From Akkermansia muciniphila (GTDB lineage Bacteria > Verrucomicrobiota > Verrucomicrobiia > Chthoniobacterales > Chthoniobacteraceae): a stretch of DNA of 58,535 nucleotides. Each line of letters begins with the position of its first letter. Within the stretch, counting starts at the first letter, position 1. Of the stretch, positions 35,891 to 46,106 are shown one piece after another. A program made the position numbers and the translations under genes. The notes below the pieces were generated by a model. It made no database searches. It was not told the DNA's origin and saw only the letters and a program-made list of their open reading frames with translations. The DNA lies in contig CAMCYN010000001.1 of the NCBI GenBank assembly GCA_945883955.1, forward strand, positions 1-58,535, given 5' to 3'.

Positions 35891-36015
35891 CGTTAAAGGT
35901 AAACCCTGCTCCCCCACTTTTCAGGCCGTCTTAGGGAATGGCAGGGAGTCGTTTTCATAAAAACCACCGCAACAAGATCCGATAAACACTCGAAATTTTT
36001 AAGCTGCATAATCCT

Positions 36016-36981
36016 ATGATTGAACCATCGCTGTCTGCTTTCAGTAACATTACCGCCCTGGAGGTGGTCGCCTTCTTAGTCCCATTTGTCATCGCGGTTC
36101 TTATCGATCTGACCAGCCATAAAAAAGGCGCAACGATCACGATGCGAGATGCCACAATGTGGTCCCTAATCTGGGTGGCTTGCTCGGCGCTATTTGCAGG
36201 GTTCGTCTGGTGGTCGCGTGGTTCAAGTGCCGCAAGCCTCTTTGTTACCGGTTACGTGCTCGAAAAGGCATTGGCCGTTGATAACCTCTTTGCTTTTTAT
36301 CTCATCTTTAAATCGTTCGGCCTTACTCAGTCCGAGAACCAACATTTCCAACATCGGATCCTTTATTGGGGAATTCTCGGGGCGATTGTTTTCCGCATCT
36401 TCTTCCTGGGCGCAGGTGCATTGATTGTAAACCTGAGCCCTTATGTCCTGATTGTTTTTGCCTTGGTGGTATTATGGACAGTGTGGAAAATGTGGCAGAG
36501 CAGCGACGAGGACGAGGAAGTCGATTACACGAATCACTGGTCGGTGCGGTTGGTGGGTAAGTTTTCGAAGACCAATCCGTCCTTGGCCTCGGGTCGTTTC
36601 TTTTCCAATGGTGTAACGCCGCTATTCCTTTGTTTGGTGTGTATCGAAGTTTGTGACGTTATTTTTGCTTTCGATTCGATGCCAGTGATTGTTGCCGTGG
36701 TGCGGGATCCATTCCTGATGATTACCTCGAGCCTATGGGCGGCAGCCGGTTTACGGAGCCTCTATTTCCTGCTTATCGCCGCGCAAAACCTGTTTTGGGC
36801 ACTCGATAAGGCGGTGATGCTGCTGCTGGTATTTGTGGCTGCCAAATTGATTGGAAGCGCATTCCATTTTCATCTCCCGAACATCATTAGCCTGAGTATT
36901 ATTGCAGTCGTTCTAGGAACCGGGATTGTCTATTCCATTCTCGTAAAGAATCCAGATGCGGAACCCCCATCCAAGGAGTAA
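36016..36981 (+). CDS. terC: TerC-family integral membrane protein
   Basis: Multi-TM protein with the paired TerC motifs LEKALAVDNLFAFYLIF and CDVIFAFDSMPVIVAVVRDPFLMITSS. Confidence 0.9.
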   Translation: MIEPSLSAFSNITALEVVAFLVPFVIAVLIDLTSHKKGATITMRDATMWSLIWVACSALFAGFVWWSRGSSAASLFVTGYVLEKALAVDNLFAFYLIFKSFGLTQSENQHFQHRILYWGILGAIVFRIFFLGAGALIVNLSPYVLIVFALVVLWTVWKMWQSSDEDEEVDYTNHWSVRLVGKFSKTNPSLASGRFFSNGVTPLFLCLVCIEVCDVIFAFDSMPVIVAVVRDPFLMITSSLWAAAGLRSLYFLLIAAQNLFWALDKAVMLLLVFVAAKLIGSAFHFHLPNIISLSIIAVVLGTGIVYSILVKNPDAEPPSKE

Positions 36982-37037
36982 GCTTTAGTGCAAAATACAG
37001 ACGAAAGCTTCATAAACACGCTACGGAGTAAAACATC

Positions 37038-37409
37038 ATGTCTACCGATTCTAATTCCTTCTTAAAACTGGGCAGACCCCTCGGTCTTGCGGCCTTTTTG
37101 GGTTCCCTGCTCATGCTTCCAGCTTGTACCCAGGAACAACAAAACAAGATAAGCCGCGATATCCAGAACTGGACTGGGACCAACGGCGTGCTGGAGGTTT
37201 ATGCCGGAGAGAAGCTGGTGCGCCGCTTTATCAAGGTAGATAAAGTCAGCACCGCCATGGGTACCGACGATGGCAAGCCGCGCGCTTATCGTTTTGGCTA
37301 TGGTGTGTTGGACGAGAACTTCAATTTCACGCCCGACGCGGGCGAGAAGAAGGTCTATTTTGAGGTTAGCGACCACAGTAACTATGTCTTCTTCGAGAAC
37401 CCGCGTTAA
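37038..37409 (+). CDS. Small lipoprotein, hypothetical
   Basis: Lipobox LLMLPAC after a short hydrophobic N-terminus; 123 aa. Confidence 0.55.
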   Translation: MSTDSNSFLKLGRPLGLAAFLGSLLMLPACTQEQQNKISRDIQNWTGTNGVLEVYAGEKLVRRFIKVDKVSTAMGTDDGKPRAYRFGYGVLDENFNFTPDAGEKKVYFEVSDHSNYVFFENPR

Positions 37410-37620
37410 CCGAGGCATAACACAAGGCTATTGAGGCAGAGGGCTCCAAGACATCAGGCGAGCCGCCTCGATAGCCTGGGCGGTTGCGCCGCTGAGGGAA
37501 GGTTGCAGCAAGGTCACTGCCGGTGAAACGACCCCCGTCCAGGTCAAGAATTGGCATCCCCAGACCACCTATTGGTATGTTCCACCCGGCGCGAACCCGC
37601 CACCGTAACAAACGATTCCT

Positions 37621-38538
37621 ATGAAATCACCGTACTCCTCCCTCAAACGGCTCACTCTCGTCTTCTCCTTGTCTCTGGCTCCTCTCTGCCTGCTCCAGGC
37701 GGCGGATCCCAAACCCGTCCAGGTCCTCGTTTGGGACGAACAACAGCCGGCGCAAAAACAAGCCTACGGCGAACTGTTTCTCGGCGAAACCATCGCGAAA
37801 CACCTGACCCAGAAAGGAGGCTTAGCCGTTAAAACCGCGCGCCTCGACGACCCCCAGCAAGGTCTGGACGACGCCACTCTCGATTCCACCGACGTCCTCA
37901 TCTTTTGGTGCCACCGCCGCGTCAAAGAACAGGACGATGCACGGATGGAAGCGGTGGTAAAGCGGGTCCTCGACGGCAAACTCTCCCTCATCGCCCTTCA
38001 TTCCGCCCACTGGGCGAAACCCTTTGTGCGCCTCATGCAAGAGCGAGCAAAAGCCGATGCACTCGCCCAGATTCCCGAGGCAGAACGGACCTCCGCTCAA
38101 TGGGAATTCACAAACGAACAGCCGTACTACAAAGGCGTCACGGTCAACACACCTCCCACTCCCGCTCTGACCCGTGAAGGTCCAGTGTGGCGCCTGGCGC
38201 TGCCGCTTTGTGTGTTCCCCGCCTGGCGCGCCGATGGTGCCCCGGGGCACCTCACCGCATTACTGCCCCAGCATCCCATCGCCGCCGGATTACCCCCACA
38301 CTGGGACATTCCTCAAACCGAAATGTATGGCGAACCCTTCCACGTACCCGCCCCGGACGAGGTGGTCTTCGAGGAGAAATGGGACAAGGGCGAACGTTTC
38401 CGCAGTGGCTGCGTGTGGACGGTGGGCAAGGGCCGCGTCTTCTACTTCCGCCCCGGCCACGAGACCTATCCCATTTTCCTTCAACCCGAACCACTTCGCG
38501 TCGTCGAAAACGCGGTCCGCTGGCTGGGGGGCCGTTGA
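37621..38538 (+). CDS. ThuA-domain protein with signal peptide
   Basis: VQVLVWDEQQ.., DVLIFWCHRR.., LIALHSAHW.. and GKGRVFYFRPGHE are typical ThuA blocks. Confidence 0.7.
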   Translation: MKSPYSSLKRLTLVFSLSLAPLCLLQAADPKPVQVLVWDEQQPAQKQAYGELFLGETIAKHLTQKGGLAVKTARLDDPQQGLDDATLDSTDVLIFWCHRRVKEQDDARMEAVVKRVLDGKLSLIALHSAHWAKPFVRLMQERAKADALAQIPEAERTSAQWEFTNEQPYYKGVTVNTPPTPALTREGPVWRLALPLCVFPAWRADGAPGHLTALLPQHPIAAGLPPHWDIPQTEMYGEPFHVPAPDEVVFEEKWDKGERFRSGCVWTVGKGRVFYFRPGHETYPIFLQPEPLRVVENAVRWLGGR

Positions 38539-38591
38539 TCTCAAAACCGCCGGGGCCGCAACGCCATCGGCCGGACAACACCGGGCCTGCT

Positions 38592-39626
38592 CTACGGTTG
38601 CAAGGGAGAGCCACACTGCCAGATACCACTCACTAACAGGCTCATAGGCTGCTCAGGCACGCCGAATTCTCCGCGTTGGAGATGACTGATGAGTTGGTCG
38701 GCGGCCGTGGCGCCCATGAGGTGGGAGTCTTGATAAATCCCGGGAACTGTTTCTCGGCGCTCGATCAATTGCAGACTCACATAGGGCGGCTTTTCCGGGA
38801 GCTCGAAGAACTGCGGCTCTCCCTGGATACGTGGGTAAAGCACACCGCCAATAACGACGACATCGGGACGCTCGGCTCGAATCCACTCCTGCACGTTGGC
38901 GGTCGTGAGGTGGGCCGGACGATGAATGGCGAGACGCTCGCGGGGCTTCAGCCCAGACTGGAAGTGCATATACGCGGCGGTCCACAGATGGTGGGTTTTG
39001 ACATCCGAATGCAACGGCATGAGCAACCCGATACGCCGGTGGCCCCCCGCGTCCAGTTCCCGGCACACGGTCTGCATGGAGTGATAGTAATCATGCACGA
39101 CGCGGTGAAACGCGGGCTGGCTGAGATTGTAACCAAGCTCCACGACTGAGAAGCGCTCCCAGTCGAGCGGGATATGATTGCCGGGACCAAAGTGCGGCGC
39201 GATGAGCAGGCCGTAGATGTTTTGCGCCCTCAGGACTCTGGCAAAACGTTCGCCTTGAAGCTTCGAATCACCCAACCAGAAAGGCGTCAGCCGATAGCCG
39301 CGCCGCTCCGCTCGGTCGCGAGCCCCACGGAACATCATGCCATAAGGTGTGTCGGTGTCCGGCCAGCCAGGCGCCACTTTCTTGTCCACGCTGATGAAAC
39401 CAAGCGTGGCTTGATGGGTCGGGTCACGACGACTGACACGCGCACTCATGAGGGCGGATACCATTGGATGAGGCCGATAGCCGAGGCGTTCGGCGACTAC
39501 CTTGATCTCCTCGCGCTTTGCCGCTGGCAGCCGTGGGCTGTTGCGCAGGGCGAGCGAAACGGTGGTGCGGTGGACGCCCGCCGCCTCGGCGACATCCTGC
39601 ATACTCGGCGGTTTCTCTCTTCTCAT
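38592..39626 (-). CDS. LacI-family transcriptional regulator
   Basis: N-terminal HTH SMQDVAEAAGVHRTTVSLALRNSPRLPAAKREEIKVVAERLGYRPHPMVSAL. The start is corrected to ATG 39626. Confidence 0.85.
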   Translation of the reverse strand: MRREKPPSMQDVAEAAGVHRTTVSLALRNSPRLPAAKREEIKVVAERLGYRPHPMVSALMSARVSRRDPTHQATLGFISVDKKVAPGWPDTDTPYGMMFRGARDRAERRGYRLTPFWLGDSKLQGERFARVLRAQNIYGLLIAPHFGPGNHIPLDWERFSVVELGYNLSQPAFHRVVHDYYHSMQTVCRELDAGGHRRIGLLMPLHSDVKTHHLWTAAYMHFQSGLKPRERLAIHRPAHLTTANVQEWIRAERPDVVVIGGVLYPRIQGEPQFFELPEKPPYVSLQLIERRETVPGIYQDSHLMGATAADQLISHLQRGEFGVPEQPMSLLVSGIWQCGSPLQP

Positions 39627-39704
39627 ACTACAATGAGCATAAGGACACCCTTCAACGCGGGCGACAAGCGGCTTATCCTCCCCTGCGCCGCCTATCCCTC
39701 CCCT

Positions 39705-41114
39705 ATGAATCCCACCACGTCCACCAGTCGCCGCCATTTCCTGACCTCTCTCGCCGCCATCTCCGGCGCTGTCTCCTCGCGGGTCTTTTCAGCCGAGCCG
39801 CCGGGAACATCGTCCACGCGGTTTTCCGAAACCGTTCGCGAGCTCCCGCTCACCGACGACGCGGATGTTATTGTGTGCGGGGCCGGTCCTGCGGGAGTCA
39901 CGGCCGCTATTTCAGCGGCCCGGGCGGGTGCGAAGGTGCGTTTGTTCGAGTTGCACGGCTCTCTGGGGGGGGTATGGACCTCATCGCTGCTCGGGTACCT
40001 GCTCGATTTCGACAAACCCGGGTTCAACCAGGAGTTGGTGAAACGATTACGCGAACGCGATGCCATCAACGGCGGCGGAATGAATGGCCTCAGCTATCAG
40101 CCCGAGGAGATGAAGCTGCTGCTGGAGGAACTTTGTGCAGCAGCCGGGGTCAAAGTGCAGCTCCACACCCGAGTCGCGGCGGCCTACCGCGAGGGTCGCT
40201 CGCTAACCACGCTCATCACGGAATCCAAGAGCGGGCGCCAGGCATGGAAAGCCCCCGTTTTCATCGACACCACTGGCGACGGTGATCTCGGAGCGCAAGC
40301 GGGCTGCGAGTTCGAGATCGGTAAGGACAACGCTTGTCCGTGCCAGCCCATGACGATGTACGCCCTGCTCGTCGTGAAGGACGCGGCACAGATCGCCGAC
40401 TGCCTCCACGGCACCGGCGATGGAGGACGGCATGTCGGCCCGAAGGCCTTTCAGGACACGCTCAAGCGTGCAGGCGTCACTCCCAGCTATGGTCACGCCT
40501 GCATCTTTCCCATTCAGGGCAATCTCGTGCTACTCATGGCAAACCATGAGTATGGCATCAACGCCACGGATGCCGCGCAGGTCACCGAGGCCACCCTCCG
40601 CGCCAGAGGTGAGATCCACCGGATCGTACGCGGCCTGCGCAAGCTCGGCGGGCCCTGGGACGGTGTGCAAATCGCCGCCACGCCCGAGCAGATCGGCGTC
40701 CGCGATGGCCGCCGCATCCGTGGCCGCTACCACATGACGGGCGAGGACCTGATCCAGGGAGCCGTGCAGACCGATGCGGTGGTCCGCGCCACCTTCCCCG
40801 TGGACATCCACGCCCTCAGTGCCGAGGACAACAAAAAGGCCGCCTACCACAATGCAGGCGTGAAGACCAAACCCTACGACATCCCCCTGCGGGCTCTCAT
40901 CGCCCGGGATGTGGACGGCCTTCTGATGGCCGGACGCTGCATCAGTGGTGACTTCATCGCGCACGCCAGCTACCGGGTGACTGGTAATGCCGTCGCCATG
41001 GGCGAGGCGGCAGGCGCTACGGCGGCGGTGGCGGCGAAAAACAAAACGGCACCGCATGACGTGCCGTGGAGCGTGGTGCAGCCTGTGATTGAAAAAATCC
41101 GTCTCATTTCCTGA
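39705..41114 (+). CDS. FAD-dependent oxidoreductase with Tat signal
   Basis: MNPTTSTSRRHFLTSLAAISGAV (Tat signal) followed by DADVIVCGAGPAGVTAAISAARAGAKVRLFE (dinucleotide-binding motif). The track ORF (from 39174) is an upstream extension overlapping the LacI gene. Confidence 0.8.
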   Translation: MNPTTSTSRRHFLTSLAAISGAVSSRVFSAEPPGTSSTRFSETVRELPLTDDADVIVCGAGPAGVTAAISAARAGAKVRLFELHGSLGGVWTSSLLGYLLDFDKPGFNQELVKRLRERDAINGGGMNGLSYQPEEMKLLLEELCAAAGVKVQLHTRVAAAYREGRSLTTLITESKSGRQAWKAPVFIDTTGDGDLGAQAGCEFEIGKDNACPCQPMTMYALLVVKDAAQIADCLHGTGDGGRHVGPKAFQDTLKRAGVTPSYGHACIFPIQGNLVLLMANHEYGINATDAAQVTEATLRARGEIHRIVRGLRKLGGPWDGVQIAATPEQIGVRDGRRIRGRYHMTGEDLIQGAVQTDAVVRATFPVDIHALSAEDNKKAAYHNAGVKTKPYDIPLRALIARDVDGLLMAGRCISGDFIAHASYRVTGNAVAMGEAAGATAAVAAKNKTAPHDVPWSVVQPVIEKIRLIS

Positions 41115-41151
41115 CGGCGCGGCGCGGTGGCGGGCACCGCATTTGGCCCGC

Positions 41152-41991
41152 CTACTCCGCTTTGAGGATCTCGGAAATACGCCTGGCCGCCTCAATCACC
41201 TTGGGAGCGTGCTCGCGTTCGGCAGTGATATCCAGACGCGGAGCCGGGGAAGTGATCCATACCGAAGCGCATACCCGCCCTTCCGCATTCCATATCGGCG
41301 CCCCCAAACAATGGAGGCCTTCCAAAGTCTCACCCAAATCCATCGCATACCCCTTCTTTTTGACCTCCTGGAGCTGCCGCTCAAACGTCTCCCGGGAAGT
41401 AATGGTATGGGGCGTTAATGCCTCGAAAGGCATCTCCTTGAGAGTTCGGCGCACTTCCTCGTCGGATAACCAGGCGAGCATCACCTTTCCCGGCGCCCCC
41501 GAATGCAGCGGTCCGCGCGCCCCAGCCTCCACGTAAAACTTGAAAAGATGGAGGCCGATCACGCGCTCCAAAACAATACACTCCAGCCCCACACGAATCC
41601 CAATGTGCGCGGACTCCCCGGTCATGTCGCGCAGCCAGCACAGCGTCGGCCAGGCGATCTGCCCAAGGCTGCGCTCTTCCTTCTTTGGCTGCGCAAGCGT
41701 CAACATCTTCTGCGAAAGCAGAAAGCGCCCCCCGGTCAGATCTCGTTCAATGTACCCGTGAACTACCAACGCTTTGGTCAACCGGAAGACCAGGTTAGCC
41801 GAAAATCCCAGCTCTGTGCGGATCTGCGCCGCTGTCACCCCTTCGGAATGGGCGCTAATAAACTCCAAAAGCGCCAGAGCGCGATCCAGCGCCGGTGTCT
41901 GGACCCCTGAATCACGCACGGCAAAGCCTTCCGTTGCTCCCGCTTCCTTCTTTTTACTCATCTCTGCGTACCTATCGGCTTCCGATTCCAT
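41152..41991 (-). CDS. IclR-family transcriptional regulator
   Basis: N-terminal wHTH (LDRALALLEFISAHSEGVTAAQIRTELGFSANLVFRLTKALVVHGYI) plus a C-terminal effector domain. Confidence 0.85.
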   Translation of the reverse strand: MESEADRYAEMSKKKEAGATEGFAVRDSGVQTPALDRALALLEFISAHSEGVTAAQIRTELGFSANLVFRLTKALVVHGYIERDLTGGRFLLSQKMLTLAQPKKEERSLGQIAWPTLCWLRDMTGESAHIGIRVGLECIVLERVIGLHLFKFYVEAGARGPLHSGAPGKVMLAWLSDEEVRRTLKEMPFEALTPHTITSRETFERQLQEVKKKGYAMDLGETLEGLHCLGAPIWNAEGRVCASVWITSPAPRLDITAEREHAPKVIEAARRISEILKAE

Positions 41992-42038
41992 TCACAGTTC
42001 GATTTTGGCGATGGCGAACGTCACCGCACACTCCCCAC

Positions 42039-43352
42039 TTATAGGGTTTCCAGTCCGGTGAGCCTTCCCGTACTCGAGCCAAAACTCTCCGCTTCGAGTC
42101 CAAACCTCTGAAGCATTGAGACAAAGAGATTGCTCAAGGGAGCATTTGCGTCCCGTGGAAAGGCCAGATGTTTGCCATGCTGAAACCCGCCTCCGGCGAG
42201 CAGGATGGGCAAATTCGAATTATCGTGTATGTTAGCATCTCCCATGTTGCTTCCATACAACACCATCGTGTGGTCGAGCAGCCGTTGGCCCTGCTCCTCT
42301 TTGGCCGATAGCTCCGAAAGCAACCCGCGCAAAAGCCCCATCTGCTGGTAATCCGCGTCCACAAGCTGGTTCACCTTTTCCGTCGCCTGACCGTGATGAC
42401 TCAAGTTGTGGTACCCGTCGGTCGTACTCTGGTTTTCATGCAACTCAAAAACCGGCGTGGCAAAGGCATCCACCATCAAGGTGACAATCCGCGTCGAATC
42501 CGACTCAAATGCCAACCGCGACATCGCGAGCAGGAGTTCGAACTTTTCGAAAAAGCGTTTCTTATCCTTCACCTCGGGCGGCTCGGCCTGCGTGGTCGAA
42601 GGCCTGGGCTTGAGTTCCCATTCCCGAGCCGTATTGAGCCGATCCTCGACCTCGCGCACCGAGGTAAAATACTGCTCCATACGTTCTTTATCGTGGTGTC
42701 CCAGAGATTGACTGAAGCTTTTGGTCTGCAAAAGCAGCGTATCCAAAATGCTCCCGCGTTCCTCCAGACGATGCAGTTGCTGCGCGACCTGCTGCGGATT
42801 TCCCTGCAAAAACATCTTCCGAAAGACCGCCAGCGCGCTGTCTTCCGCTGGCAGCAGCACTCCGTCCCGCGTCCAGGAAAGGCTCCGGTTGCCCTTATCA
42901 ATATTCACCCCAAGGTTGAGCGAGGTAAAACGGGTCACCTGCCCCAGCTTTTCTGCCGCAAACTGATCGAGCGAAATCTGGTTGCGAAACCCGCTCTTGG
43001 TAGGCCCACGCGCGGCGGTGAGAAAACAGTTTTCCGTACTGTGTCCGCCCACAACTCCCGGATGCGAAAGACCGCTCACCACAGTGAAGTCCTTCTTATA
43101 TTCTGAAAGCTCCTTCAAATAGGGAGAAAGCTCGTAATCCGCCCCGGTTTGCGTAGGGAAAAACTGCTTCGGCAGCACCCCCAGATTATTGGAAATGAGC
43201 AGCATCCGACGCGGCACCTGAGGCTGCGAAACACGCCCAAAGACCGGACTCATACACTCCAGCAATGGAAGCGCCAGAGTGACCCCAACCCCTTTCAGAA
43301 AGGAGCGGCGCGCAAGCATCGAAACCGAGCGGGAAACATAGGGTGAGTTCAT
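42039..43352 (-). CDS. DUF1552 domain protein (Tat-like signal)
   Basis: MLARRSFLKGVGVTLALPLLECM at the N-terminus and C-terminal ILLAGGGFQHGKHLAF..LSNLFVSMLQRFG. It is paired with the upstream DUF1592-family gene. Confidence 0.85.
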   Translation of the reverse strand: MNSPYVSRSVSMLARRSFLKGVGVTLALPLLECMSPVFGRVSQPQVPRRMLLISNNLGVLPKQFFPTQTGADYELSPYLKELSEYKKDFTVVSGLSHPGVVGGHSTENCFLTAARGPTKSGFRNQISLDQFAAEKLGQVTRFTSLNLGVNIDKGNRSLSWTRDGVLLPAEDSALAVFRKMFLQGNPQQVAQQLHRLEERGSILDTLLLQTKSFSQSLGHHDKERMEQYFTSVREVEDRLNTAREWELKPRPSTTQAEPPEVKDKKRFFEKFELLLAMSRLAFESDSTRIVTLMVDAFATPVFELHENQSTTDGYHNLSHHGQATEKVNQLVDADYQQMGLLRGLLSELSAKEEQGQRLLDHTMVLYGSNMGDANIHDNSNLPILLAGGGFQHGKHLAFPRDANAPLSNLFVSMLQRFGLEAESFGSSTGRLTGLETL

Positions 43353-43364
43353 GGGAGGAAAGGG

Positions 43365-45923
43365 TTACTCGCAGCCGGGATTGCCCAGGAAGATACGGCT
43401 CTGAATGAGACCGAGCAGGAGATCACGCACTCGGAATCCGTCGGCGGCGCTCGCATCCAGGATAGACTCAATCTGAGACCGATCGGAAAACCGCACCGGG
43501 GTCCCCGTAGCGTAAATGGTAAACTGTTCGAGCAGGTTCCGGCCGAGTTGCCGGGGGTGCGACGCGAGGATGGTCTTGAGGTCCTGAATATTCGCAAACG
43601 CCGGTCCATCCAGAAGTTTTCCGCTCGCATCCACGGGCGCAGATAGCGTGTACGCAAAATCGTGCCCGGCCCGGTCAATCCCCTTCACCTTCTCCCCTTC
43701 CTCCAGTCCGCGATACTGCGAGCGCCAGCCCCCCAGAATATCAAAGCCCTCCAGAGCCAGTCCCACCGGGTCAAACTTGGCATGACACGCCGCGCAGGAC
43801 GTGTTCTTTGTGTGCTGCGCCAGCACCTCGCGGATGGTCTTTGCTCCACGAATATCGGGTTCCACCCCTGGCACACTTGGAGGCGGAGGAGGCGCCGGTT
43901 GCCCGATCAAACGTTCCATCACCCAGGCCCCCCGCACCACGGGGGAGGTGGTCGTTCCGTTGGTGGTCACCTTGAGTACAGACGCCTGAGTCAACAACCC
44001 ACCGTAAGGACTTCCCTCGGGCACAGGCACTTTACGCACCTCCGAGCCCGCAACCACCGGCAACTGATAGTGCTTCGCGAGCCGGTCATTAGCGTAAACA
44101 AAATCTGCATCCACCAACACTTTGGCCGGCAGATTCTCCCGGATCATCGCGCTCACAAATGCCCGCGTCTCCCTCTCCATACTCTCCACCAGGTAGTCAT
44201 CAAACCGGTACTCCGGATAGAGGCGAATATCCGGATCGTCCCGGCGCACATGCCGCAGATTGAGCCAGTACGCCGTGAAATTGCGGATAAACCGATCAAA
44301 CCCCTCGCCCGCAATCAGCCGTTGCGCCTCCGAACGCAGCACTGTCTTGCGTCTTAATGCCCCCGCTTCCGCCAGCCCGCTCAGCGTCTCATCGGGCCGC
44401 GTGTTGGTTAAAAAGTGAGACAATCGGGAGGCGACCGCGAAATGGTCCCCCGGCCGCTCGGGCTCCCGCAGGTAAAGGAAATGAACAGAGCAAAGCACCG
44501 CCTTATATCCAGCCAGGAGCGCCTCGGAAAAAGGATCCCCCTTTTCAAGCCGCCCAAACACGAGCCTCTCCAACATTTGGAGTTCCCCCTCGGGCAACGG
44601 CTCCCGCACCGCAAGCCCTACAAATCGACGCAGCAGGCGTCTGGCCTCTCCTTTGGCATCCGTCGGCGCGACCCCCACCGGCAATTCGTGAAACAGAACT
44701 CGATGCGACTGCGGCGGCCAGCAAGCCGCGGCCATTGGCCCCTCCACTTCCAACCACTGAAACGCCACCCCCGGCTGGCCCCCCTCGGGAAAGGGCGGAA
44801 ACCGGTAAGTCGGCGTCCCACCATTGATGTTAAAAGTAAGTGGCACAGGCAGTCCCAACAAACTGTATTCAAACGTCTCCCCTGCCCTCAAAAGCACCGT
44901 CGTCTCATACACGCCGCACTCTGGCGCAATATCAAGGAGCCCTCCCGTGGCGCGCACGTCCCCAGAGACATCAGGCCCCGAAGGCTTCCGCGCACGAAAG
45001 GTCATCGCCTGAGGCTGCTTGGCTTCCGCAATTTTGTACCCCGCCGACTGCAGGACCGCCCGCGCCGAAAACCGCACGCGATACTCCCCCGCCACCTTCG
45101 CCACAAAACCCTTCGGATACCCGTAGTACGGCCAACTCGCAGACCGAAACAGCGCCAACTCCAACCCCTCGTCCCCATCCCATTTCGCCGCCTCTTCCTT
45201 CGACATCTTCCCGGGCACCTTTACCGCCACGCCATCCCGTGCAAAGAACATCGCCTCCCGGTTTCCAAAGGTGTCCAGCGAAGGAAACAACCGGGTCCCC
45301 ACCGCCCGATACGCCTCCGCCTTCGGCGGCTCCTTTCCTGTCACCATCGCCGCCCGTAATGCCACCTCTGCGGCATCCAGATGTGCGGTCAACTGCACCC
45401 GCGACATATCGAGAGTCTCGGTCGCCTTATTAAAATGATGCCCCTCACGATCCTCCGGCAGTATGTCCCGGATATCCAGTTGGGGCATTTGCAGCAGATC
45501 CCGAAGGTTGTTCTGGTACTCCTCCCGGTTCAATCGCCGCAGGCCGCCACGGCCACTCGCGACGACTTCTTCGCGGTCGACCTTGAGTATCGCCCCGCCC
45601 AAAACCCGCAGCATGTCCGCCCGCTCCCCCTCCGGAAGCTCCGTCTTTTTCGGAGGCATATCCCCCTTTTCCATCCGGTCATGGATTCGAGTCCAGCGGT
45701 CTCGCAGCGAACGGTCCTGCAAATCCCGCGGCAGTTTGGTCAGATCCATTCCCCCCTTGGCCTTCTCCCCCTCATGGCACTCCACACAGTGGTTTTCCAG
45801 CATCGGTTCAAGCTCCCTAAATAGCGATGATCCAGCCGATTGCGCATAGCCCTGAGCCGCACACGCCAAGCCCCACAGCATCACCAGACATCGCTTCTCG
45901 AATTGGATTCTCATTAGAGCCAC
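43365..45923 (-). CDS. PSCyt3 + DUF1587/DUF1592/DUF1595/DUF1588/DUF1585-type protein
   Basis: LENHCVECHEGEKAKGGMDL (CxxCH), RRLNREEYQNNLRDLL and CAACHAKFDPVGLALEGFD. Confidence 0.85.
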   Translation of the reverse strand: MALMRIQFEKRCLVMLWGLACAAQGYAQSAGSSLFRELEPMLENHCVECHEGEKAKGGMDLTKLPRDLQDRSLRDRWTRIHDRMEKGDMPPKKTELPEGERADMLRVLGGAILKVDREEVVASGRGGLRRLNREEYQNNLRDLLQMPQLDIRDILPEDREGHHFNKATETLDMSRVQLTAHLDAAEVALRAAMVTGKEPPKAEAYRAVGTRLFPSLDTFGNREAMFFARDGVAVKVPGKMSKEEAAKWDGDEGLELALFRSASWPYYGYPKGFVAKVAGEYRVRFSARAVLQSAGYKIAEAKQPQAMTFRARKPSGPDVSGDVRATGGLLDIAPECGVYETTVLLRAGETFEYSLLGLPVPLTFNINGGTPTYRFPPFPEGGQPGVAFQWLEVEGPMAAACWPPQSHRVLFHELPVGVAPTDAKGEARRLLRRFVGLAVREPLPEGELQMLERLVFGRLEKGDPFSEALLAGYKAVLCSVHFLYLREPERPGDHFAVASRLSHFLTNTRPDETLSGLAEAGALRRKTVLRSEAQRLIAGEGFDRFIRNFTAYWLNLRHVRRDDPDIRLYPEYRFDDYLVESMERETRAFVSAMIRENLPAKVLVDADFVYANDRLAKHYQLPVVAGSEVRKVPVPEGSPYGGLLTQASVLKVTTNGTTTSPVVRGAWVMERLIGQPAPPPPPSVPGVEPDIRGAKTIREVLAQHTKNTSCAACHAKFDPVGLALEGFDILGGWRSQYRGLEEGEKVKGIDRAGHDFAYTLSAPVDASGKLLDGPAFANIQDLKTILASHPRQLGRNLLEQFTIYATGTPVRFSDRSQIESILDASAADGFRVRDLLLGLIQSRIFLGNPGCE

Positions 45924-46106
45924 CGGTTTAAAAAATAAGGTTTTGCAGACATCGTTTTTTCGCGTGGCCGGGAAGGCGTCGAAGCACCTTTCCGTGTATA
46001 GCCATCAGACGGAAATCGCGCCCCAAATAACGGCGCCTGCCATAGCTCGTGGAACGCGCAGCCTGAAGGATCGGGACGCTCCTCATGTTCCTGGGGGGAA
46101 TGCATG

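Noticed and set aside
35891-36015. Possible yybP-ykoY (manganese) riboswitch upstream of terC, since TerC-family genes are a classic target of that riboswitch.
   Set aside because: The 125-nt spacer holds only a simple hairpin (CCCTGC ... GCAGGG). I could not find the conserved four-helix layout or the GGGGAGUAG-type core on the plus strand. A GGGGAGCAG string exists only on the wrong strand. A cmsearch with RF00080 would settle it.
39174-39704. N-terminal extensions of track ORFs: 39174-39704, 28918-29010, 29508-29696, 51818-52084, 54227-54370, 25930-26055, 33707-33778 and 47094-47237.
   Set aside because: In each case a later ATG is followed immediately by the canonical family N-terminus or a signal/Tat peptide. 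The extension overlaps a neighbouring gene or reads as low-complexity sequence.
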